64,000 nt of DNA from NCBI RefSeq assembly GCF_021028975.2, contig NC_059436.1, forward strand, positions 29,760,001 to 29,824,000, read 5' to 3'. This document shows positions 26,216-37,798 of this stretch, piece by piece (within the stretch, counting starts at the first letter, position 1; each line of letters opens with the position of its first letter). A model generated the notes under the pieces. It saw only the letters and a list, made by a program, of their open reading frames with translations. It was not told where the DNA came from and searched no databases. The position numbers were made by a program, and so were the translations under genes. This stretch comes from Sphaerodactylus townsendi (taxonomy: Eukaryota).

Positions 26216-26986
26216 CACCACCTTGTTCCCCAATACATGGGAACTAGAACTCTTATTTCCAGCTGTTGTGATCTGGATCACAATTGCCCCCAAGAGTGGG
26301 TCAAATAAATGTGGGGTATTCCCTGTTCTGTTATTCAGCACAGCTGTTGTCGGTGCTAATAGCCTTTGAAAGAGCCAGCTGTCCCCAAAGAGTTTGTAGG
26401 TTATGCCTATGCTCCTATGCATTTATTTCACTGGGAAGTAAGTAGGCAGCCTGGGCAGGGGTTGCAGCCTATTCACACAATTCATTGCCGTCAACTGATG
26501 GCCATCTTGATAGAGTAATCTGCACAGGACACCACTAATTTGTTATATTTTAAGGATTTTATTTTCAAGCATGTGTCAAAATTTTTAAATTATTAATGTC
26601 GTATGTTCAAGCTGCAATCCTCAGGAGAAGATTGCAAGATTAAGGGGTCTTCTTAACTAGTGTACATAGAAACACCTCCTTACTCTCTTGGGAGCCCAGA
26701 AAAAGTCAACAGGACTTGCTTCCAGCCTTATTTATTTACTTTATAGTCCATTTCCTCCTGAGATTCATACAAAAATTAGACACACAGCAAAAACTATCAT
26801 GTGTGAGAAAGAAAATTATAGTAATGCAAAGCATAACAGAAATGTTGATTTAGGAACATGCATCCCTTCAAAATGTACATCTTTGTTAGTGAGAGAGAAA
26901 TATGATGACAAATTATAATTCAGGCTACGAAACCGTGAGACTTCTAGTTCTCTCTAAATGGCTCTTGCCGACCACTGTTTCTACCC

Positions 26987-27057
26987 GCGCCGCTGGTGTA
27001 GTGGTATCATGCAAGATTCCCATTCTTGCGACCCGGGTTCGATTCCCGGGCGGCGCA
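26987..27057 (+). tRNA. tRNA-Gly-CCC: tRNA-Gly, anticodon CCC
   Basis: 71-nt cloverleaf: GCGCCGC/GCGGCGC acceptor stem, GCAAGA-TTCCCAT-TCTTGC anticodon arm, GGTTCGATTCC B box; T7 Pol III terminator at 27066-27072. Confidence 0.97.
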
Positions 27058-27199
27058 CTGAATCCTTTTTTTAATTATGCGTGTACATCTGATAAAATTT
27101 TCTGGGGTCAACCGAAATATCTATTTCCCCACTCAATGCCGAAGAGGCCTAAAACAGAAACCGCATTTTTAAAAAATAAAAGCAACATAAAAGTGTTTG

Positions 27200-27800
27200 A
27201 AAGGAATCACTTAATACGCATGCGCGCATCCGACTCTCGCGAGATCTGGTCACCCGGCATCAGGAGAAAAAGAAACCGCATAGAGGCCGGCGTAGGATTG
27301 GATCTAGCGCCAACGCGGACGGGTGTAAGAACCGCGGCGCATGCGCAGTCGCCCCCTTCCTTCGGCCGGCTCGGGCCTCTCTACCCGCCAGCGCCATCTT
27401 GAGAGGACAAGCGGGGACGGGGGGGCCTTGTTGTCCGCCGCGGATCCCCGAGGCTCGGGATCTCCCTTGCGCGCGGACTCGACCCGCGGGTCGGTGCCGT
27501 GACTGGACCTGGACGGGCGGCGCTGAGGAGAACGAGCCGCCGCCATGGAGGACGAAATGCCCAAGACCCTGTGAGTCTCCTAGGCGGTGAGGCCTCTTGG
27601 GCCGGAGGGGGAGGGGTTGAGCCACGTTGTCCCCTCTTCGCCCTCCCCCCGGCCAGGAATAGTTGTTACTTCGCTTCTCTGTCAAAAAAAGCTCCATTTA
27701 CCTTTCACTTTCCGAGGTTGTTGGTAAAAGCAGGGAAGGGAGAGGCACAGTGGGGAGGCCTGCCACGCACACATGGCGTCGTGTGAGGCATAATACAAAG
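27200..27800 (+). promoter_or_regulatory. CpG-island promoter of TIA1
   Basis: Perfect TCTCGCGAGA palindrome (27235-27244), NRF1-like GCGCATGCGCA (~27337) and CGCATGCGCGCA (~27217), YY1-like GCCATCTT (~27393). Confidence 0.85.
27545..27570 (+). CDS. TIA1: TIA1 exon 1 (RRM RNA-binding protein, stress-granule nucleator)
   Basis: GCCGCCGCCATGG; MEDEMPKT(L); CT|gtgagt; 26 nt. Confidence 0.96.
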
Positions 27801-28045
27801 TGGGTTGTACCGCTTCAGTCGAAGCAGCGCCTTCCTGTGTGCTTCCTTTTGCAAAGAGTTCGTGGAACGGGGAAGAGCTTTCCTCCCTGACGTTCTATGT
27901 TTCTGCTTGCAGGGAGCTTTCTATATGGAGGAACCTTAGCCAAAGGCTTTCTGCAGCTGTAGCTACAAGTGCTACCACCTGTCCTTGCTGCTAGGCCCAA
28001 CTTTCTCTTCTTCTCTTCCTCCTCCTCCTTGCTTCTGAGACTAGT

Positions 28046-28178
28046 AGTGATTCTGCACAGCATATTTATAACGAGTTGCAGTCGTTATAAATGAATTCAT
28101 TTTCCATTCATGAAAAGGGAAAACGAGTTCATTTATAATGATTTTAACTCATTATAAAAATGCAGTGTGGAATCCACT
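28046..28178. repeat. Foldback palindrome (MITE-like)
   Basis: GATTCTGCACAGCATATTTATAACGAGTT... pairs with ...AACTCATTATAAAAATGCAGTGTGGAATC over ~55 bp per arm. Confidence 0.75.
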
Positions 28179-28885
28179 TAGAAAAGATTAAGTTTCTGGG
28201 AGGACAAGCACTTTGCTTTTAATATTTGAGTATTCCCCAGAAGGAATCTGGGGGGTCCGTGATAGCAGATCTGTGCCTCAGTTATTGTTTCTGTTGCCTT
28301 ATTTGGAACTGCAATACTATTCAGCTCTCTGTGTATTCAAAATATTTTAGATTTATTGTGATACACTGAAGCTATCTAGACTATAAATGCAGTAAACATA
28401 CATGAATACTAAAGCTGGCCTACTTCCGAGGGTCGTTGTAAACCTCAGGATTTAGCACACTTTGAGCACTTAAGCCAACCATTGAGTATTTGTGAGTATT
28501 TTTCAGTGACTTATCCTCTTTATGTAGCCAAGTTTCGTGCAATTAGAGGAGGATTAGGGGAAGCTTCTTGTTTGTCACTTTCTCTTTTATGAAAGGATGT
28601 GTGTGGTGAGGACTGTCAGTTTTTTGTATGCAAACTTGTGGGGGTAGAAGAAGCCACTGAAATAGAGGAAGCCTGATACATGCATCTATGTTTTGTCTTC
28701 CCAAAGGCATTTGGTGGCAATAATATTGATTCCTTCCCCCCTCCCCCAAGTAGTTGGCAGAGCAGAGATCTCTTGGAGGTATTAGGTATTGAGAAAAGGC
28801 TGAGTATATCCTTTTCTCATAATTTATTGTGGGGGAATGGCTTTCTGAATGTATTATCAGGGGTTTTGTGGCCGGAATCAATTGA

Positions 28886-29078
28886 CTGTTGTAGGTTTTC
28901 TGGGCTGTATGGCCGTGGTCTGGTGTTTTTTTTTGTTTCTATTGTTTTGTCTACACCCATGGCTGGCATCTTCAGTGATATAATATTCCTTTAAAGATGC
29001 CAGCCATAGATGCAGACAAAAAGTTAGGAGCTAAAACTACCAGATGGCCACACAGCCTGGGAAACCCAAAATAACCAG
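28886..29078. mobile_element. Inverted pair of Penelope-like terminal fragments
   Basis: Left arm (~28886-28977) is the reverse complement of the right arm (~28990-29078); both resemble 26124-26215. Confidence 0.7.
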
Positions 29079-30204
29079 CTTTCTGAATGAATGACATAGA
29101 ACATTGGAAAGAAGGAATGTACCAATAAATGGGGAAGTTATAAGGTACTCCCAAAATTAGTGTTGTGGACTATGTTCAGTCACCATTATAAGGCTGGAAA
29201 ATAAAAAGGCTGTCTTAAAAAATAGAACAGTTATTTACCATGCTTGAACAAGGCTTGCCTTTTTTTCCTTTGGAGCTCCTGTTTTAGTAACTTTTCTTGC
29301 CTATCCATTCATATCAATGGCCTTTCATTGTACTGGCATTGGAAAGTACACAAAAAATTCACACTGGGGAATGGGTATCAATCATCATGGACAGACATCT
29401 ACATTTTATGTGATTATATCCTGTTTCTTCATGAAACTTGGTTGGAGTCTCCCCAATTATATTTTAGTGAATAGGGTAATGTGTATACGATAATGAGAAG
29501 ATGTCTCTTGCACTTTTTCATGTTTTGGGCATTGAAACAGAAAACATCTCTATAGTGTCAATCCCCCTCACAGTGATGATCACATGCAGAGGTTAAGCAG
29601 ATAACTTTGATCAGCTTAACTGTCTATGTTTGCCCAATTTGTTTATGCTCATTATTGGCTCTCTGGAGACTTTCATTTAAGTATATTGTACTCATACTAA
29701 TCTATCATTTCACAACAGTGACGCTGCAGTTGGAAAGTTTGCAAGGATTTGAATTGGTGAATGATGGCAATCAATAATTGTTAGTTTTAGCATTTTACAG
29801 TGTACAGAGCCCTACACAATGTATGTTTTGTTTAGCCACCTAAAGTATATATAGAAGGTAGACAGATCAAGCTATCAGTTCATATGTTTAAATAACTAAA
29901 AATCATATGGGCATGATCCAGCTAAAGTTTAGAGTCTCTAAAGTGCCTCCCACAGATTTCTAGGGCAGAGATTTACAGTACAGTTTCACACCTAAGTCCT
30001 CTGAGCTCTGGGTTTATAAAGCTGTAATTTCTTATGTTTGCACTGTTAATCAAATGCTTATTCTTAATATGTGAGCCAGTAGTGAATTGGGCTACAGTAA
30101 AAACCCAAAGAGACAGTTTGATTGTAGTTGCCAACCACCTGGAGAAAAAATGAATGAGATGTTATTGGTCAGGTGGTGGTATTTACCTCCACACCATTAA
30201 AATG

Positions 30205-30812
30205 GTTTATTTACATTATTTATAGTTCACCTTTCTCACGGGGACTCGAAGTAGATTACACATAGCGAGTCACTATAATCAACTAAATGGGAGAACATTT
30301 AGTAACCAATGCATTATGATTTTTGAAGTCTGGAACTACCAGAAAGAACTGAACTAGAGCAGGTGTATTAACATAAACTAAAACAGGTGTATTAACATAA
30401 ACAAAAATACATAATGGAATTTTATTTGCAATAAACTGTACACAGCACTATAGATCACAGCACTATAGATTAATCATTTATCCAAGTTAGTTTAAGAACC
30501 ATTTTCTACAGTGCAACTTCTCTATTATGTGCACAGAAAACCCCTCTTGAATAATTTGGTTTTGCATAATTTGCAGAAGGCCAGAAGAGTGGGAGCTTTT
30601 CTCACCTCATCAGGCAAGCTATTCCATAATGAGGGCACCACAAAGGAGAAAGCACATCTAGGGGCAGTTGTTGATTTTGCATATTTGCAAGCTGGCACCC
30701 TCAAAAGCCCCTGTTGACATGAGCAAAATTGTTATGGTGGAGCATAGGAGGAGAGGCGGTCCTGCAAATAAGAGGAGCCAATGCCATGAAGGGTTTTTTC
30801 CGCAATAGCCAG
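30205..30812 (-). mobile_element. L2-like LINE 3' fragment
   Basis: TTTATTT tail at ~30205 and antisense L2-like motifs (GGCAAGCTATTCCATAATGAGGGCACCACAAAGGAGAAAGC). Confidence 0.6.
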
Positions 30813-31566
30813 TACATTGTTTCTCAAGTGATACACAAATGGAGACTGAGGAATTGTTCTGTCATTCTTCAGAACTGGCAAGTAAAACACACCAGTATTC
30901 TCTTCAATTCAGCTTCTGATATGTGTTTTTATTGTGTAAGCAAAATGTGAATAAATGATTATATAGGCAAGGCCCAAGTTTGTAGAGCACTGATTTGTAG
31001 ATTTTGGCTCAAGGGTGTCTTTTCAGCACAAGAAAAAATTGTTCCACTAGTTTTTGACAGTATCTTTTTCTAATAATTTGGAGAGAGGGAAAAAAGGGTG
31101 AAGTACGTACCTAGGAAGAGTAACTGCTGACAGTAGTAAGGTATTCTTTAGGAAGTATTCTGTGGAGGGATTTAAATGGCGATAAGGTCACTAATAGAAA
31201 CTTTCAAGATCAATGGGATTTAATTTGCTAATATGTGTGGCAGAAACTTTTGTTAGTACCCCTTCAGTGTTAACACCTGTAAGTTGCCTCTGGTTTTAAC
31301 AACACTGGGAAAATGTATGTAGAAGAAATGTTCAATTGCAAAGTTGATTCCCCCCCCCCCCCCGGCCCCGGGTCAAGTCTTGCCTGTTGACACAGCTTTT
31401 CCTCTATTAGCTTCCTCTTTTTTGAGCATCCTGTTCTTGAAAATAAGCATTGACAGTTTATTCTATCAAACTTCTAGAAAGTACACTTGGTTCCCTCCTC
31501 CTCTTTAATTGAAGAATGTGTGTTTTGGCAGTTGATGAGACAACATTTTAAAGGAACTAAAATTGA

Positions 31567-31683
<117 letters not shown>

Positions 31684-33493
31684 TGATCCAGTTACTGATA
31701 TCCTTGTTTCAAACAATGAGATCATAATTTTACTTCACTCTTTGTATGATTTGCAGAACAATCAATGTAAAATTAAATTGCATTAAAATATGAAAACAGC
31801 AGTGAAGTAGACTAAAAAAATTCCAAATGCATGAAAATACACACAACAATTTAAACATTAAAATTGGTTTGAACTGAGTAACAGAATAGAATAAAACAGT
31901 ATGATACCCTTGGCACAGAAATAGGAGCACTTTGCAGACAGCTCATAACCCTGTTGGTAGATGCTGGCCATAGGAAAAAAAAATCATAGCCCCAAAAACC
32001 CCAACCCCAAGTGGTTGAGAGCATAGCAACTGCACCAGTGTACAAACAATTCTCAGAGCAGACACTGTTCATGAAGATTCTGCAAACACATCTGCTGCTC
32101 ATAGGAGCATCCCTGTCATCTCTCAAATAGCTTGCGTTTGGGATACAGGAGATAAATTTGATCCCATCAAAGGAAAAGTTGTGACTAAGGCAAAGTTCAG
32201 TGTTTTACCAGCAGCAGAATGGAAGAGGCAGAACTCTCACATCCTCAAATATAAAGCGTATATTTAACTACCCAACTGACAGGGAAAAGGCATTTTATGA
32301 GTAATCTGGAAACTTCCATTGGTCCTAATGTTGGCATGAAAGATTGTAGAGAAAGAATGTCATAATGTCTTGGAACAGCAATGCAGCTGGACCCTCGGTT
32401 CAAGGACTAGTCTGGAAGGAGTCTGAGACAGAGCTGAGATTTTGCACCATTAGACCTAATTACTGCGAATGCGCTTCTGATTCTGACTTGTTGCCCTAGG
32501 TATTGGTAACTTTGTTTAGCACATTGCCATATAGCCAACCCTCCCCTTTATTAATGAGGTTAGTTACAGCAAGCTACTGCTAAGCATCCAAGCAGCCTAT
32601 GTTCTCAGTCTCTCCACTGCACTTTGAAGCCTGTAGGGTTTATCACACGCCATCAATAGTAAGGGATATTGTGAACTTGGAAGTCTACTCCTGTCCTTTG
32701 CTGTTGGGCAACAGTGCAGTACCCTCCCAGAGTGCGTCACTTGAGGGAGACTACTAAAATTATTGACAAGCAGGTAGTGATTGTCATAGGTCTTTGTCTG
32801 CCTTTAAAGCAGACAGCTATGTTTGAGTGTTATCACTCATTGAACAATATCAGGAGTGAAAGCAAGATGGATAGGGTTGCCAGCTGCCTTGGTGTAGTAA
32901 GGCTCTTGTGTACTGTTGCACTGCATGCATATGCTGGGTGCAACTGTGTTGATCAAACAGCTACAAAGCATCTTACAGAGATGCAGGAACCTGACCAGTA
33001 TAAGAGACTTTTCAACCACACAAAACAGCCAGACGCATACTAATCACTTCAGATGTTGATCATGTTGTCACCTGGGAACATAATTGGCAGTATCAATGTG
33101 GATAGCCTTGCATTTACCCCTGTTAAAAGACTGCCAAGAAAAGAGATGCAAGGACAGTAAGTAGTATTAGTGTTTAGCAATAGCAACAACAGTGTATGGG
33201 CTCAAGGGCACTTCACTGCTGGTAGCTGCATATTTCAGAGTGGGACATTGAGATACTTTTCCTCCAATTCCCATACATTAAGAGTTGTCTGTTTGGAAGA
33301 TAATGTCATTGCTGAGCCAGTCCTCATGCCCTATAGGAAGTTTGCAGTTTCCTGGTGGAGACTCCACAGGATTGCGATTTTCCAAGGCAAAAAGATGTAT
33401 GCGTATTCCAATAGTAGTGGCAATGGTTGTAAAGAATTCAGAAATGTGACTATAGTCACTGTTTTCCCTGTTTGCATTTAGGTTATACTAGTG

Positions 33494-33673
33494 CAGCGGT
33501 TCTCAACCTGTGGGTCGCGACCCCTTTGGCGGTTGAATGACCCTTTCACAGCGGTCGCCTAAGACTCTCTGCATCAGTGTTCTGTAAAATGGATAAATAT
33601 TAGGGTTGGGGATCACCACAACATGAGGAACTGTATTAAAGGGTCGCGGCTTTAGGAAGGTTGAGAACCACTG
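33494..33673. mobile_element. SPIN (Space Invaders)/URR1-like hAT MITE
   Basis: TIRs CAGCGGTTCTCAACCT / AGGTTGAGAACCACTG; diagnostic internal GGGTCGCGACCCCTTTGG and CACCACAACATGAGGAACTGTATTAAAGGGTCGC. Confidence 0.88.
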
Positions 33674-34900
33674 TTCTATCAAGATATTGCTCTGTCGTGG
33701 TGATATTTTTGCCAACCTATTCCAAAATGCAACTCGCTGTAAATAGTTAGCCTTGTTTAGAGGAGGCTGCTAGCTGCTGTTGTGTGAGTTTGTTGAGTTA
33801 GTAAACAGTAGGCTCATGCTGTGAAGGAAGTTGAGGAAGAGATTTGCAGCAGTCAGTTTGAGGGAGGGGTCCTCTACCTTTGTGAAAGCATAGCCCAATT
33901 GGAAGTGTAGAAGATCTTGGTAACTTCCCTGTGTCTTAAGGTAAAGTACTTGGATGAACTTTGAGCAGAGCAGTGTTAGCACTGCGCTGTAACAATGCAC
34001 CTCCTTGGTGTTTGTGTGAAGTATATTTTCTCTAGGATTTGAGTTACCCAAATCCCCCATGTGTTTAAGTTTACATGTAGTGAGACCACAGAGGCATAGA
34101 TCCATGTACTGTCATCTAAAAAATGAATATCCTGGCTGGGTTTTGTATACTTCAGTGACAAACACAGTCTCAAAAGCCACATGTTGTTCTAAGCACTGTT
34201 CCCCAATATGGCACATTCCAGAAAAGTGGGCAAGTCTGCTCCCCAGTAGGGCTTGTGACTGGCAGTTTATTCTTGAAACAGCTTGAAACAGCTGTAGCCC
34301 AAGACAGTGGAAAGTAAGGAGCCTGTCCTGTACAACATCTCAGCCTTCTCCGCTGGCTCTGTGCTGTCACCCTGAGTGGTTGCTGAGAGGAGAGCAGTCT
34401 GGGTTCAGAGAAGAGGGAGTAAGATCACCACCGTGACAGCCACTCTGACAAAGAGAAAGCTGGCCACAGTGAGGCACTGCTAGTTTTATTCCCCTTTTAC
34501 CAGGGTCAGCTTGCTCCCCCTTGGGTGCCTGGCACTCTCATTCTTTTGTTTGAGCTGCTGTGTTCAGGAGAGAGAGTGAACAGGTCATTGCAAATGTTAT
34601 AATTATAAATTATACATTAATATTTACTATTATTTTGTGTGTGGGGGTGCTTAGCTGCTGTCTAAGCAGTTCGGACTGTCTTTAGGATTGTGTTGTAAAA
34701 ACGTAGCCTGGATCCAAGCCACTTTCATTAAGGATGTTCCCACTTACTGCAGTGGAGCTTTGTTTTCTGCTATCCCTAGTCTAGAATCACAACTTAAAAT
34801 CACGACTAGTTTGTCTGACCATATTAGAAAAACAAAGCTACGAGGGATTTGAGAGTTCTCAGGATTGGTCTCTGACAGCTTTTATCCCTGTGTTAAACAG

Positions 34901-34999
34901 ACGGCTGGAAATGATCCATATTGTTTTGTGGAGTTCTATGAGCATCGTCATGCAGCTGCAGCTTTAGCTGCTATGAATGGACGGAAGATAATGGGTAAG
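34901..34999 (+). CDS. TIA1: TIA1 exon 3
   Basis: aaacag|[33 protein letters not shown]|gtaagt; 99 nt. Confidence 0.96.
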
Positions 35000-35418
35000 G
35001 TAAGTTTTCGCGTTTAAAGAGCGAGTGGGAGAAGAAGTTTGTATTTGGGTATGTGGATGAAACTACTTTACCAAAAAAAAAGTAAAGGTAAAGATTTTTA
35101 ATCTGTTCTTTATCCGTAGCAACGCTTTGAACTTAAAACATTTTTTTAAAGAAAACTGCGTAACAGAATAAAAGAGCAATGAATTTTCATCTTCAAATTT
35201 GTAATTATGGTGGGTTTGCAAACGAAATAGTTTGGCAAAATAATAAAATGTAACCTGAATGGTTATTTTAAGGGTTGCCTGGTGCTGATCTTTAGTACAG
35301 GGGGAATTGCCATGCAGATTTGTGTGGGTTTTTTTCCTTTACTTTTTAAAAAACAAACTGCTGTGCGTACTTTGCTAGATTTGTCCTTGAATATAATTTT
35401 AGCAAATATTCTTTGTAG

Positions 35419-35473
35419 GAAGTCAAAGTGAACTGGGCAACAACCCCCAGCAGCCAGAAGAAAGATACCAGCA
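35419..35473 (+). CDS. TIA1: TIA1 exon 4
   Basis: ttgtag|EVKVNWATTPSSQKKDTS + A|gtaagt; 55 nt. Confidence 0.96.
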
Positions 35474-35644
35474 GTAAGTCCCTTCTTATTCAAGCTATTA
35501 CTTTTTATTTCTCAAAAGTGTTTTTAATGTTAAGCGATAAGCAACATGCAAATGTTTGCCCTATTGTTTTGATCATTATCCTAAGATATTATTTAATGTG
35601 TTTGTGTTAATAAACTTAAGAACAAATCTAATCTTTGTCATCAG

Positions 35645-35677
35645 GTAGTACCGTTGTCAACACACTGCGTTCACAAG
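35645..35677 (+). CDS. TIA1: TIA1 exon 5 (33-nt cassette exon; TIA1a vs TIA1b)
   Basis: catcag|GTAGTACCGTTGTCAACACACTGCGTTCACAAG|gtaatt = SSTVVNTLRSQ; frame-preserving. Confidence 0.92.
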
Positions 35678-36843
35678 GTAATTGTATCTTCTTAAACATA
35701 AAATGAAATCTCTCAGGGGTATTCACTAACCGCCTGAAGCTATTTTGGGTGGGTGTTCTGTTGTGACAAGATTTCTCCCTCCTTGCAAATGGATCAGGAT
35801 GTGGACTGTTGCTGACTCCTTAAGCCCTTTGACCCTGTTAAGCCTCTCTGAGGGCAACATAACCAGCTTCCTTCAGGGCTGCTGTCAGCGCTGCACCATG
35901 AAATGCCTTTGTGGTGTATCAGTTTTTATTACATTTGGACTCCTTTCCCCTTTTTGCTTGTTGGCAACCCAGTGTGTTGTCTGGCCTTAGAACTTGTAGA
36001 ACACGGGGGAGGTTTTGACCAGTCTCTTGCCAAGTCGTAAAGTGTCATGTGTGTGCTCCGAAAAACCAGTTAATGGTAGTGATAATTAAAATGGGCTTTA
36101 TGTGACTGTGAAGGAAGATATGAGATCATTGTGTCACTCGTTCTTATGTAAATGGCTCTAACATAAATTGTGAAGGGATTACTGTTTCCGTTCTGTTGCC
36201 TTCAGTCTTACTTCACTTGCTCATGGATTTGACATACTTTGAATTCACTTGGATTCACATGGTGTAAAGGCTGGGCAACCAAAACTGTTGGCTTTTCAGA
36301 AAACTGTCAAATACTTTAACATCAAACTGTTGAAATGCCAGGTATCTTTTTGACTGTTCTTCACAAAATATGAATAAAATTGAGCTGTTTATAGCATGTG
36401 CTGTCCATGCTGGTTTGTGTAACTCTTACCCTATTTTGCTAACTGAACCAGTAAATATTTTAGCTCAATTTTTTAAAAAAGGAAAACTATGTATAAATAA
36501 ACTTTAATGATAGCATTACAATTTTATGAATGTAAGACTTCAGTGTAATTGTTTGGCTTTGAAAATAGCTCTCAAGGAAATATAGTCACCTGTTAATTAC
36601 AAATCTAACTTGTTATGCAAAGACTACAAAAAGTTCTAGATATGTATAGTTTAATGTTCTTGTGTACTACTTTCTCTATCAATGGCTATAAAACAATAAT
36701 GCATTTTGTTATCTGATAGATAAAAGATTCTAGTTCTCATGTAGTTTCCAGATATGTGGAAATTGATACAAGATTTAAAAACCATACCCTGCATTTCCAT
36801 GAGTACTCTGCAAACTTGTAAATTTTTTTCTTTTTCTTGATAA

Positions 36844-36933
<90 letters not shown>

Positions 36934-37506
36934 TAAGTAATGTCTTATTCTGGATAATGGGGACAATAAACTAGCTTTAAACTGGTGAAAAGTTTCAACA
37001 TGTTGGAGGATATATCCTTTAAAGAGCTGTATTTTTTTGTAGTTGCCTGGGAAACATCAAACAGTTCATCTTGCTTTATTCAATATTTTTCTTTATCTTT
37101 TTTCTAGTATTTAAAAAATTTCCACATTTTCATGACATACAGTAACTTGTTTTTAAATCTGTGTATTCATTGAATTCATCATTAAATGACTGAGCAGTTT
37201 AGAGTGGATTTTCTAAGGCAACACTAAGATAAAAGAGATTTATACCAATAGAAAATACACTGCAGCCCATTAAAAGCAGCTTTAATACTGATCAGATTTC
37301 ATTAAAGTTATGTCCTGTAAGATTTTGGCTTTTTGTGAAATGGGTGCTCTATTAAATAAAATAAACTAGAAACTGATCTTTATTGTCACTTTCAGCATAA
37401 ATTGTTGAAGTTTGAAGGCATTTTAAAGTGTTCCTAGTAGACTGGTGAGCCAGCTGTATCATCATTAGTGTGAAATATTTTTTAACTTCAGGAATGAGTG
37501 TTTGAG

Positions 37507-37798
37507 GGCTGGCACGGTGTACTGGTTAAGAGCAGGTAAACTCTAATCTGGAGAATCAGGTTGGATACCCACTCCTCCACATGAGCTGCCAAGTCTTATC
37601 TGGTAAACAAGACTTTTTCCCCACTCCTACATTCATGCTGGGTGAGCTGGGGCCAGTCACAGTTCTTCAGAACTCTCTCAGCCCCACCTACTTCACAAGG
37701 TGTCTGTCACAGGAAGAGGAAAAGAAGGAGGTTATGAACCCCTTTGAGTCTCCTTACAACAGGGAAAGGGAGGGGGGAGATTAATCCAAACTCTTCTT
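37507..37798 (+). mobile_element. tRNA-derived SINE (Squam3/MIR-like)
   Basis: Same family as 57684-57981; ends AATCCAAACTCTTCTT. Confidence 0.85.

Noticed and set aside
25874-27786. Long ORFs across the PCYOX1/TIA1 promoters (182, 166, 145 aa)
   Set aside because: They run through CpG islands, a Penelope fragment and the tRNA gene; no protein-like features.
29572-29680. Box C motif (GTGATGA) as a possible intronic C/D snoRNA
   Set aside because: No suitably placed CTGA D box or terminal stem.
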